Shown: positions 54,864 to 63,401 of the stretch, piece after piece
Layout: the number at the start of each line of letters is the position of its first letter
How positions within the stretch are numbered: position 1 is the stretch's first letter
From: Patescibacteria group bacterium
Lineage (GTDB): Bacteria; Patescibacteriota; Patescibacteriia; SG8-24; DYFX01
Direction of reading: 5' to 3'
Length of the DNA stretch: 64,000 bases
Assembly (NCBI GenBank): GCA_038062835.1
Contig: JBBTWH010000001.1
Span: 42,982-106,981, forward strand
Notes under the pieces: generated by a model
What the model was told of the DNA's origin: nothing
The model's database searches: none
Seen by the model: only the letters and a program-made list of their open reading frames with translations
Made by a program: the position numbers and the translations under genes

Positions 54864-54880
54864 GCCCGCAGTATATCAAA
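54798..54880 (-). repeat. 83-bp direct repeat copy B (promoter TGaTATACT + start + 22 codons of beta-helix protein)
   Basis: See 52799-52881. Confidence 0.85.
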
Positions 54881-55073
54881 AAAGAGGGGCGGCGGCGTCA
54901 TCGGTCGCGAGCTGGCGCCGGGAAGAGGTATGTCGCTGTTGGAACGGACGCTGCGCTCGCGACCGCTGCCGCCGCCTTGGTGGGGACAAGAACCACACTG
55001 ATTCGAGGCTTGACATTTCGCCTCCGAGGTGGTAGACCGGCGCGGTACGCAACCCGTGAAAGGAGTTCATTCG

Positions 55074-55961
55074 ATGCGCAAAGGTCTCATGATCGCCGGT
55101 ATCGCCGTCTTCGTCCTCGTCTGCGGCAGTTTCCTAACTTGGTGCGGCTTCGCCCGCAACCCGGAATCGCCGGCCGGCTACGTCGGCTACTGCACGCAGG
55201 GCTCGATGTTCGGCAAGGCCGAGTTCTACGGCATGCAGAAGGGTCCGACCTCCCCCGGCCGGACCTGGATGCTCGAGTGCGTGAATATCAGCATCACGCC
55301 GTACACCTTCACCGAGACGTTCACCGCCGAGGATTCGGTGCTCTCGAGCGACCAGCTCAAGCTCTCGGTGAACATGCACGTCACCTTCAAGATCGACGAG
55401 GCCAAGGTGCGCGCCTTCGTCGAGGAGTACAGCACCCTCCACGAAGGCGCGAAGGACCCGAACAAGGTCGTCCAGGTCGCCTACGACAACTACCTGAAGC
55501 CAAAGATGCGGGCGTTCGTCCGCAGCGAGATCCAGGAGCGCGTGTGGGGACAAGCCGTCAAGGAGATGCTGTTGATCGGCACCAGCGTCCAGGATGACCT
55601 CGTGGCGTCCACCAAGGACACGCCCTTCGTGGTGATGAGCGTCGTCATCGACAGCATCCAGCCGCCCAAAGAGGTGGCCGACGCGGTCTCGATGAAGCTG
55701 GCCACCGATCAGATCCTGGCCCGCAAGGACGCCGAGGTCGAGATTGCCAAGAAGGACGCCGCCAAGCGCGAGGAGGAAGCCCGCGGCATCGCCAAAGCCA
55801 TGGAGATCATCAACGGCAAGCTGTCGCCGATGTACCTCCAGCACGAGGCCATCGAAGCGCAGAAGATGATGGTCGGTTCGCCGAACCACACCACCATCTA
55901 CATCCCGGTCGGCACGAACGGCGTGCCTCTGACAGGCACCTTCGACGCCTCCGGCAAGTGA
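55074..55961 (+). CDS. SPFH/band-7 (stomatin/prohibitin/HflC-like) membrane protein
   Basis: N-terminal TM segment, an SPFH domain and a coiled coil (EVEIAKKDAAKREEEARGIAKA). AAAGGAG SD lies upstream. Confidence 0.75.
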   Translation: MRKGLMIAGIAVFVLVCGSFLTWCGFARNPESPAGYVGYCTQGSMFGKAEFYGMQKGPTSPGRTWMLECVNISITPYTFTETFTAEDSVLSSDQLKLSVNMHVTFKIDEAKVRAFVEEYSTLHEGAKDPNKVVQVAYDNYLKPKMRAFVRSEIQERVWGQAVKEMLLIGTSVQDDLVASTKDTPFVVMSVVIDSIQPPKEVADAVSMKLATDQILARKDAEVEIAKKDAAKREEEARGIAKAMEIINGKLSPMYLQHEAIEAQKMMVGSPNHTTIYIPVGTNGVPLTGTFDASGK

Positions 55962-56057
55962 CCCCTCCGTGAGGGGTCTTTTTCTTTACTCCAACGCCCA
56001 AGGAGATTTTTTAGGCGTATACAAATACACGATATCCTCGGTACCGATGTACGTATC

Positions 56058-56615
56058 TCATTCGCTCGGTTTGCAGTTCTTGAAATCAACGGTCACCTCG
56101 AAACTCTTTCCAGACGGCGCGGACTGGGCATTTTCCAGCTGACACTCCGCGCGCAGCGACCCGGACCAATACTCCTGCCCACGGTCTCTTGAGACCCTTC
56201 TTCCGGAAAACAGGTTGATGCTCAGGTATGCGCCCAAAGGATAACCATTCTCGATATTCGAAACAGGAAATGTGCATGGACGTCCGTAAAAACGGCCGCC
56301 GGTAGGCGGTTGATAGTACTCAACCATCGGCCTAAGCGCGATGCTGACCAGATTCCTCTTCTCGATATCCCGCGCGAACCCGACACCCTCATTGTCCTTG
56401 GTATAGAATTGCGGACCGAAAACCGTGCCGAGGCATGAGGTGATCGGTGCGCTGGAAATCGTCTCGCCGTTTTCCTTGATGACAAGCTGCCCGTGCACTT
56501 CCGTCGGCAAAAAGTACGACTGGTTCGTTCCCCGCATGACGTAAAACACCGCGACACCAACGAGCATGAGCGCTAGTGCGAGATGTTTCAGGGTGTCACG
56601 CGTGATACGGGGCAT
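56058..56615 (-). CDS. hypothetical N-terminally anchored protein (185 aa)
   Basis: N-terminal TM segment, with Cys residues in the C-terminal domain. Confidence 0.45.
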   Translation of the reverse strand: MPRITRDTLKHLALALMLVGVAVFYVMRGTNQSYFLPTEVHGQLVIKENGETISSAPITSCLGTVFGPQFYTKDNEGVGFARDIEKRNLVSIALRPMVEYYQPPTGGRFYGRPCTFPVSNIENGYPLGAYLSINLFSGRRVSRDRGQEYWSGSLRAECQLENAQSAPSGKSFEVTVDFKNCKPSE

Positions 56616-56624
56616 ATACAGGTA

Positions 56625-56966
56625 TCATTCTAACGCCCAAGGACTCTTTTTGGGAGTGTACAGGTACACGATCTCCTCCCCCTCCACGACGATCTCGATT
56701 TTTTCCAAATTGGCTCCCTCCGGCGCCGCCGTGTCGGGGACGGCTTGGCCCGTCGTGCATTCGTAGCGGGCGCCGTGCCAGTCGCATTCGAAATGCTCGC
56801 CGACGCAGCGGAGCTTGCCGCCCATGTGCATGCACCAGTCGACGTAGCCACGCAAAGAATCTCCGGTGTTGACGATAATCAAATCGCGCCCCATGGCGCG
56901 GTAGCTTTTGGCGCGGCCGACGGGGACGTCGGAAACTTTACCAAGGGTGATCCTTTGCGTCGTCAT
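56625..56966 (-). CDS. Rieske [2Fe-2S] domain protein
   Basis: CMHMGGKL(x)...CDWHGARY, the CxH-CxxH Rieske ligands. Confidence 0.7.
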   Translation of the reverse strand: MTTQRITLGKVSDVPVGRAKSYRAMGRDLIIVNTGDSLRGYVDWCMHMGGKLRCVGEHFECDWHGARYECTTGQAVPDTAAPEGANLEKIEIVVEGEEIVYLYTPKKSPWALE

Positions 56967-57669
56967 GATGCTTGCGGTGTCCGAAGGTGTAATTGAAGCC
57001 GTCGTGGCGGATGGGGCCGCGCGCGAGGATGTGGAGTTCGGCCAGGAGGAACTTGGCGTAGATCGGGAAGCGGCCGTCGCGGTCGAAGCGGCGGACGGAG
57101 ACGCGGATGCGCGAACCCGTCATGACGCGGAACTTGCCGATCTTACCGGCACGTTCGACGTAGTCGTGATCCTCGGCGAGCGTGATGGATTCGTCGAAGC
57201 CGCCGATGGCCTCGTGCAGCGCCTTGGTCGCGAAGATGCAGAAGCCCGGCGCGTGCGCCATCAGGAACTGCGTGGCCATCATGTGAGCGTTGAAGACGTT
57301 GTGCGTGACGGAGTCGAGCAGGTTGCCGCCGAGCGGCTTGATCATGCAGGTCGCGGCATCGAGCTTGCGGCGCGCGAACTGCGCGACCTTGTGATCGAGC
57401 CAGTCGGTCTCCGGCAGGACGACGTCGGCGTCCAGGAACAAAAGAAGGTCGCCTTGCGCGGCGCGGGCGCCCAGGTTCCTTCCGGGACCGGGCATGCCGC
57501 CGTCGACGACCTTCGCTCCGAACCGCGCCGCGATCTCTCGCGTGCGGTCGGTGGATTTGGCGTCCGCCACGATGATCTCATACCCCTCAAAGCGCTGGCT
57601 CCGGATGGAAGCCAGCAGGCGCGGGAGGTAGTCCTCCTCATTATAGGTAGGGATGATGATGCTGAGCAT
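56938..57669 (-). CDS. family-2 glycosyltransferase
   Basis: MLSIIIPTYNEEDYLPRLL..., DAD and DxD (FLDADV), a GT-A fold. Confidence 0.8.
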   Translation of the reverse strand: MLSIIIPTYNEEDYLPRLLASIRSQRFEGYEIIVADAKSTDRTREIAARFGAKVVDGGMPGPGRNLGARAAQGDLLLFLDADVVLPETDWLDHKVAQFARRKLDAATCMIKPLGGNLLDSVTHNVFNAHMMATQFLMAHAPGFCIFATKALHEAIGGFDESITLAEDHDYVERAGKIGKFRVMTGSRIRVSVRRFDRDGRFPIYAKFLLAELHILARGPIRHDGFNYTFGHRKHHDDAKDHPW

Positions 57670-57736
57670 AACGGGGTTTCAGACCGTTTTCACGGGCTAA
57701 AACCCTATCGAGAGACACGATACCACGCCGGAGGGC

Positions 57737-58891
57737 TTACTGGAAGAGGCGGGGGTTCACCCGGACGATCTTGTCGTCGCCATCCCTCGGCGCCCCGCGT
57801 CCGTCCATGTTCGAGGTCGTGAAGTACAGCAGCTTGTCCGGGCCGATCGCGACCGCGCGGATGCGGCCGAACTCCTTCTCGAAGTGCGAGATGACGGTGA
57901 CCGGACTCTCGTCGATCTTGGCCTGATAGAGCGCTTCGCCGCGCAGGCCGCCGAAGAAGAGGCTGTCGGCGTGGAACGCCATGCCTCCGGGCGCCCAGGT
58001 GTCAGTCGCTCCGGAATGTACGACCGGCTTGCGCATGCCGTCGGCTTCCCTGTCGCCCTCGATGGAGGGCCAGCCGTAGTTCTGCCCTGGCTCGATGACG
58101 TTCAGCTCGTCAAGGCCGGACTTCACGCCGGAGCGTCCGTGCTCGACAGCCCATAGCCGGCCTTGGCCGTCCCAGGCGAGGCCTTGCGGATTGCGGTGGC
58201 CGTACGACCAGACCGCCGTGCCGAACGGATTGTCGCTCGGGATCGTCCCGTCGTCGTTCAGGCGAAGGATCTTGCCCGCCAGCGAATTCAGGTCTTGCGC
58301 GAGCGCGCCCTGCGTGGCGTCGCCGGTCGTGACGTAAAGCTTTCCGTCGCGTCCGAATGCGAGCTCTCCCCCGTCGTGATAGATGGCGCCCGGGATGTTC
58401 TGGAGGATCGTCGTGCGTTCGACGAGCGAAGCGGCTTCAAGACGATACCGATCGACGCGGTTCCTGGCGGCGCCCGAGGCCGTGACGGTCCGATACAGGT
58501 AGACAAACCCGTTCTCTTCGAACTTCGGATGGACGGCCACTCCCAGCAGTCCGCCCTCGCCGCCGTCGCGCACGTCGTCGATGCCGTAAATTTCCGCCGC
58601 CCTGCCATCGGGAGCGACGCGCTTGAGCCGCCCCGGACGCTCCGTCACGAGCATGCCGCCGTCCGGCAGGAAGGCGATCTCCCACGGGATCTCAAGGCCG
58701 CTCGCGACCACCTTGAAGTCGGCTTCCTGCATATCCTGGCGCAGCACGCCCTCGGCGACGATGCTCGGGCCTTCCGGCAGCATCGATTCGACGGTGTATA
58801 GGACGCGGCCGCGGTAGGCGTAGAATCCAAATGCCGCGACCGCGACAGCCACGCAGGCGAGAATCGACCTGATTCCTTTAGGGAACTTCAT
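57737..58891 (-). CDS. PQQ-dependent/soluble sugar (glucose-sorbosone) dehydrogenase-family beta-propeller protein, membrane anchored
   Basis: Has GGLLGVAVHP, YGHRNPQGLAWD and GWP motifs. TGaTATACT lies 7 nt before ATG 58891. Alternative start at 58918. Confidence 0.65.
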   Translation of the reverse strand: MKFPKGIRSILACVAVAVAAFGFYAYRGRVLYTVESMLPEGPSIVAEGVLRQDMQEADFKVVASGLEIPWEIAFLPDGGMLVTERPGRLKRVAPDGRAAEIYGIDDVRDGGEGGLLGVAVHPKFEENGFVYLYRTVTASGAARNRVDRYRLEAASLVERTTILQNIPGAIYHDGGELAFGRDGKLYVTTGDATQGALAQDLNSLAGKILRLNDDGTIPSDNPFGTAVWSYGHRNPQGLAWDGQGRLWAVEHGRSGVKSGLDELNVIEPGQNYGWPSIEGDREADGMRKPVVHSGATDTWAPGGMAFHADSLFFGGLRGEALYQAKIDESPVTVISHFEKEFGRIRAVAIGPDKLLYFTTSNMDGRGAPRDGDDKIVRVNPRLFQ

Positions 58892-58967
58892 GGCCTTCAG
58901 TATATCACGGGTCGACATGCGGGAGATTCGCCAATAATAAAAATCCCCCGTGGTGCGAGGGATACGC

Positions 58968-59732
58968 CTACTTGGAAGGCGGCGGGATGCTGATCGTGAC
59001 GCGTTCGAGCTGCGAAGTGCCGTCACCGACCGCGACGGGACCTTGGCCTGGAAAGGACGTGAGGTAGCCGATATTGGCGCCATCGAGGAACTTCCGGATG
59101 GTGTCGATGCGGATGGCCACGCGGACGACGATCTGCCGGCCGTCGTTCGGACCGGTCGGGATCAGCGCCCTCATCAGGCCGATGAGCTTGCCGTTGCGGG
59201 CGAGAAAGATGCCGGAACCGGACGTGCCGGGGACGCCGTCGAGTTCTATGAGCAGGGCGTCCTCGTCCCCTTCAAGTAGGTCGTAGTCGACCGTCTTGAC
59301 GGCGCCCTTGGAGCCGAGCTCCCCGAGGTCGTACGGGAACCCGATGTTGTAGACGTCGTCGAGCAGGTGTACCTCGGAGAGATCGGCCAGGACGACCGCG
59401 CGCGTGAAGCGGCGTTCGACCTTGATGACCGCGAGGTCGTGCACCTCGTCCCAGCCGACCACCTTGGCGGGGTACGCCACGGCGGCGGCGTCGCCCTCGG
59501 CGATGTTGATGATCAGCTCGCGCCGACCATCGCCCGCCACATGGTGGCACGTCAGGAGCAGGCCGTTCTCGGCGTCGATGACGACGGCGGAACCGTGGCC
59601 CATCGGCAGGATATCGACGCGGTGCGTCGCCTCCTCGTTGTCGTCGATCTTCGGCGTTTCCGGGCCCCTCGTGCGCGACGCGCACGCGGCCAGGAACACG
59701 CACCCCACGATCGTCATTTTCGTTCCGCGCAT
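58968..59732 (-). CDS. trypsin-like serine protease (S1 family, no PDZ), probable lipoprotein
   Basis: Has the catalytic triad, with His in LLTCHHVAG, Asp in DLAVIK and Ser in GTSGSGIF. The N-terminal signal has a Cys (VFLAAC). The track ORF extends to 59777. Confidence 0.65.
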   Translation of the reverse strand: MRGTKMTIVGCVFLAACASRTRGPETPKIDDNEEATHRVDILPMGHGSAVVIDAENGLLLTCHHVAGDGRRELIINIAEGDAAAVAYPAKVVGWDEVHDLAVIKVERRFTRAVVLADLSEVHLLDDVYNIGFPYDLGELGSKGAVKTVDYDLLEGDEDALLIELDGVPGTSGSGIFLARNGKLIGLMRALIPTGPNDGRQIVVRVAIRIDTIRKFLDGANIGYLTSFPGQGPVAVGDGTSQLERVTISIPPPSK

Positions 59733-59842
59733 CGCATCCTCCTGTTTGGTTCGTCGACAAAGATCTCCTGGAAACACTCTATCACAGGCGAATGAACGGG
59801 CAACTCCGGCACATCCACAGTTTCTGATATACTGTCTGCGAT

Positions 59843-61015
59843 ATGCGCTACGCCTTCGCCGCCATCCTCATCGCCTTCAGCCTCGCGGCCGCGCCGGTCC
59901 AGGCCAAGGCTCCCGCCGATTTCTTCAAGTCCATCCCCCACGACTTCGCGACGGGAGCGAGGTTCTACTTCGAGACGGTCGGCGGCTGGCTATCGGACCT
60001 GTTCGACCTGCTCGGCCTATCCGGCAAGCTGACCTACGTGACCGAAGGCGGAGATTGCGTGCAGGCCACGCGCTGCTCCCTCGGACTGGTCTGCGTGAAC
60101 GACTGCGAGGGCGGCGACTGCGACGTCTACGCCAAACGCTGCCTGAAAGGACCCGATCGCGTCGACGTCCTTGGCGAGTATTCCACGTGCGGCGAGAGCG
60201 GGGAGATCTGTTCCGACGGCACGTTTTGCGCGCGCGTCTGCCCCAGAGGGGCGGACTGCGGCGGCGTCACGCATCGCTGCATGCGCCCCATCGAACTCGA
60301 CGAGGCCTGCGCGCCCGCCGCCGATTGCCGCGCGGCGTGCGCGAAATACCCGTTCGCTCCCATCGGCCCATCCGCGTACGTCGCGAGGTGCGGCGGCGGA
60401 TCATGCGCCTGCGAGCCTGTCGTGATCGCGCCCGAGGCTGAGCGCGTCGAATGCCCGCCCGGGCTGGAAACGGAAATCGCCTGTCCGGCAGGCACCCACC
60501 CCGCCTGCACGCCCGCCGCCTGCCCGTCCGGCATCTGCCAGCCGTATCTGACGTGCCTCTCCGACCCCGCCTACGGCGGCATCTGTCTCGACGCCTCCGA
60601 GTGCGCGGATTCGGAGTGCGCGGAAGGCGCGTCCCCGTTCTGTGACGGTTCAGACCGACGCTGCAAGTGCCGCTCCTCCGAAATCAAGACCATCGCCTGC
60701 GCTTCCCCTTCCGATTGTGAAGCCTCGCTTGCCTGCGGCGCGAACGAAGTCCACGCCTGCGTCGAAGGCGCCTGCGCCTGCGCCCCGGCAGGAGTCGTCA
60801 CGTCCTGCTCGTCCGCCTCCGAATGCTCTTCCGACTGCCCCGAAGGATATGGACCGGCCTGCGTCGAAGGCGCCTGCGCCTGCCAGCGCGTCACTGAGAA
60901 CGTGCCGGTCGCCTGCCAGGACGTCGACCAATGCGGCGGCGTCTCCTGCCCCGCCGGCTTCGACAAGGCCTGCATCGACGCGAAGTGCGCCTGCACCCGC
61001 ACGGTCCAGCAGTAA
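59843..61015 (+). CDS. secreted cysteine-rich repeat protein (about 60 Cys; repeated C.EGACAC units)
   Basis: Signal peptide MRYAFAAILIAFSLAAAPVQA. Repeats include CVEGACACAPAG and CVEGACACQRV. Confidence 0.6.
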   Translation: MRYAFAAILIAFSLAAAPVQAKAPADFFKSIPHDFATGARFYFETVGGWLSDLFDLLGLSGKLTYVTEGGDCVQATRCSLGLVCVNDCEGGDCDVYAKRCLKGPDRVDVLGEYSTCGESGEICSDGTFCARVCPRGADCGGVTHRCMRPIELDEACAPAADCRAACAKYPFAPIGPSAYVARCGGGSCACEPVVIAPEAERVECPPGLETEIACPAGTHPACTPAACPSGICQPYLTCLSDPAYGGICLDASECADSECAEGASPFCDGSDRRCKCRSSEIKTIACASPSDCEASLACGANEVHACVEGACACAPAGVVTSCSSASECSSDCPEGYGPACVEGACACQRVTENVPVACQDVDQCGGVSCPAGFDKACIDAKCACTRTVQQ

Positions 61016-61058
61016 TAAGGTTGACGGAACCCCCGAAAAAGGCTAGCCTTGGCCGGAC

Positions 61059-62375
61059 ATGAAGTACGGACAAGCGCTCACGATGAAGGTCGATGGATTC
61101 GACGAACGCGGCCGCGGCATCGGGAAGACCGATGCGAAAGCGACGGCCGCGTATTTCGTCATTCCCGGCGAGACCGTCGAGGGTATCTTCGTCGGCCGCA
61201 AGCAGGGCACGGCGCGCCTCGGCGATGCCGTCGTCACCCAGGCCTCGCCGGACCGCGTGAAGCCCGAATGTCCGCACGCCGGCTCATGCGGCGGCTGCGC
61301 CTGGCAGCATGTCGCGTATGAGCGCCAGCTCAAGGAGAAGATCGCGATGATCGACGTGGCCTTCAAGGCCGCCGGCGTACCGCTCTCCGTCGGCCGCGCC
61401 ATCCCGGCTGGCGAACTCTTCCATCACCGCAACCGGATGGATTACGTCTTCGGCCCGAAGGGCGAGCTCGGACTCAAGGAACCAGGCCGCTGGGACAAGC
61501 ATCTCGATCTCGCCACCTGCTTAATGCTTTCCGCCGACGGCTTCGAGGTCGTGAGGCGCGTGAAGGCATGGGTGAAGACCACATCGCACATGCCGTGGGA
61601 CAACCGCTGCCATCAAGGCTTCCTGCGCTACCTCGTGGTGCGCGAAGGCAAGTTCAGCGGCGAGAGGCTCGCCACGCTCGTGACATCGGCAGGCGAGCTC
61701 GAGAACGAGGAGGGGCTGATGGAAGCGCTCGATCCGCTCTGTACCTCGATCGTGCACGGCGTGAACCACACGATCACCGACATCTCGACCGCCGCGACGC
61801 TCCGTCCGCTGAAGGGCGAGGCGCTCCTCCGCGAGAAGATCGGCGGCGTGAGCTACCGCATCCATCCCAACGCCTTCTTCCAGACCAACAGCCGCATGGC
61901 CGAGGTCCTGCTCCAGGAAGTGAAGGCCTTCGTGAAGTCCGGCACGCATGCGAAGCTCCTCGACCTGTATTGCGGCGGCGGATTCTTCTCCCTCGGCCTC
62001 GCCGGGGACGTCGAGTCCGCGCTGGGCGTGGAGCTCGACGCGCCCGCCATCGAGCAGGCTAAGATGACCGCCGACGAGAACGGCATCAAGAACGTCCGCT
62101 TCCTCGCCGAAGCCGCCGAGAAGCTTTCCTGGGAGACCGAGGCGCCGGACGTCGTCATCGTCGATCCGCCGAGGAGCGGACTCCACCCCGCCGTGCGCCG
62201 CACGCTGATGGAGCGACGGCCTGAACGCATCGTCTACGTCTCCTGCAACTTCCGCACGCTGGCGACCGATCTCAAGGACTTGTTGCGCGCCTACAAGGCC
62301 GAACCTGCCGTCGCCGTCGACCTCTTCCCGCATACGCCGCATATCGAAACTCTGGTACACTTGACCCGCATATGA
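61059..62375 (+). CDS. rlmD: 23S rRNA (uracil-C5)-methyltransferase RlmD/RumA family
   Basis: TRAM domain, an Fe-S Cys cluster (CPHAGSCGGCAWQH), the FFQTN, DLYCGGG and DPPRSG SAM-MTase motifs, and a catalytic Cys. Confidence 0.85.
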   Translation: MKYGQALTMKVDGFDERGRGIGKTDAKATAAYFVIPGETVEGIFVGRKQGTARLGDAVVTQASPDRVKPECPHAGSCGGCAWQHVAYERQLKEKIAMIDVAFKAAGVPLSVGRAIPAGELFHHRNRMDYVFGPKGELGLKEPGRWDKHLDLATCLMLSADGFEVVRRVKAWVKTTSHMPWDNRCHQGFLRYLVVREGKFSGERLATLVTSAGELENEEGLMEALDPLCTSIVHGVNHTITDISTAATLRPLKGEALLREKIGGVSYRIHPNAFFQTNSRMAEVLLQEVKAFVKSGTHAKLLDLYCGGGFFSLGLAGDVESALGVELDAPAIEQAKMTADENGIKNVRFLAEAAEKLSWETEAPDVVIVDPPRSGLHPAVRRTLMERRPERIVYVSCNFRTLATDLKDLLRAYKAEPAVAVDLFPHTPHIETLVHLTRI

Positions 62376-63262
62376 AAGTCGGATTCGTCGCCCTCGTCGG
62401 GCGCTCCAACACCGGAAAATCCACCCTGCTGAACGCGCTGGTCGGCACGAAGGTCGCCATCACCACGCCGAAGCCGCAGACCACCCGCCAGGCCATCCAG
62501 GGCGTGCTTCACGGCGCCGAGGGCCAGATCATCTTCGTCGACACGCCAGGCATCTTCCGCAAGCGCCGTGACGCCGTCACCAACCGCATGAACGCGGCCG
62601 CCAAGGGCGCGCTCGAGGACGTCGACCTGGTGCTCTACGTCGTCGATCCGACCCGCGCCATCGGAGAAGAGGAGGAGGACATCCTGAAACTCATCGCCGA
62701 CGTGAAGTCGCGGAAGCTCCTCGTCATCAACAAGATCGACGAGCCGCGTCCGCGCTATCTCGAGGACTATCGCGCCCTCGCGCCGGACTTCGACGGAAAG
62801 GTCGAGGTATCCGCGCTCAAGCTCACGCACCTGAAGTCGCTCCTCAAGGAGATTTACGCGCGCCTGCCGGAAGGCGAGCCGGTCTACCCCGAGCACCAGA
62901 TCACCAACATCGACAACAAGACCTGGTACGGCGAGCTGATCCGCGAGAAGGTCTTCATGGCGCTCTACCAGGAAGTCCCCTACACGATCGCCGTCGAGGT
63001 CGACGAGATCGAGATGCGACCGTCGAAAGGCGGCCGCGTAAAGCCTGACGGCCACGCGGCAGGCAATGAGATCCTCTACATCAAGGCGCGCATCCTGACC
63101 GACTCCGACCAGCACAAGCGCATGATCATCGGCGCCGGCGGCATGATGATCCGCAAGATCGGCATGAACGTCCGCAAGGAGCTCGAGCATATCCAGGGCA
63201 AGAAAGCCTTCCTGGACCTCGAAGTCGTCACGGATCCCCATTGGCCCGAGCGGATGCAGTAA
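62372..63262 (+). CDS. era: GTPase Era
   Basis: Has GRSNTGKSTLLNAL G1, DTPG, NKID and a C-terminal KH domain. Overlaps rlmD by 4 nt. Confidence 0.9.
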   Translation: MKVGFVALVGRSNTGKSTLLNALVGTKVAITTPKPQTTRQAIQGVLHGAEGQIIFVDTPGIFRKRRDAVTNRMNAAAKGALEDVDLVLYVVDPTRAIGEEEEDILKLIADVKSRKLLVINKIDEPRPRYLEDYRALAPDFDGKVEVSALKLTHLKSLLKEIYARLPEGEPVYPEHQITNIDNKTWYGELIREKVFMALYQEVPYTIAVEVDEIEMRPSKGGRVKPDGHAAGNEILYIKARILTDSDQHKRMIIGAGGMMIRKIGMNVRKELEHIQGKKAFLDLEVVTDPHWPERMQ

Positions 63263-63327
63263 GCTCATCCATCAATCGTCTGGCAAACCGACGCGGATCG
63301 GTGCCTGGCACCTAGGTGCCACGAAAG

Positions 63328-63359
63328 ATGCCCGGCGCCTTTTCGGGCGCCGGGCATCA
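63328..63359. terminator. bidirectional intrinsic terminator (gatgcccggcgcc-ttttc-gggcgccgggcatc)
   Basis: Perfect 13-bp stem between convergent genes. Confidence 0.55.
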
Positions 63360-63401
63360 ACCGGACAAAGGACTAAGTGTCCAAGTGCACGAGCTATAGG
63401 C

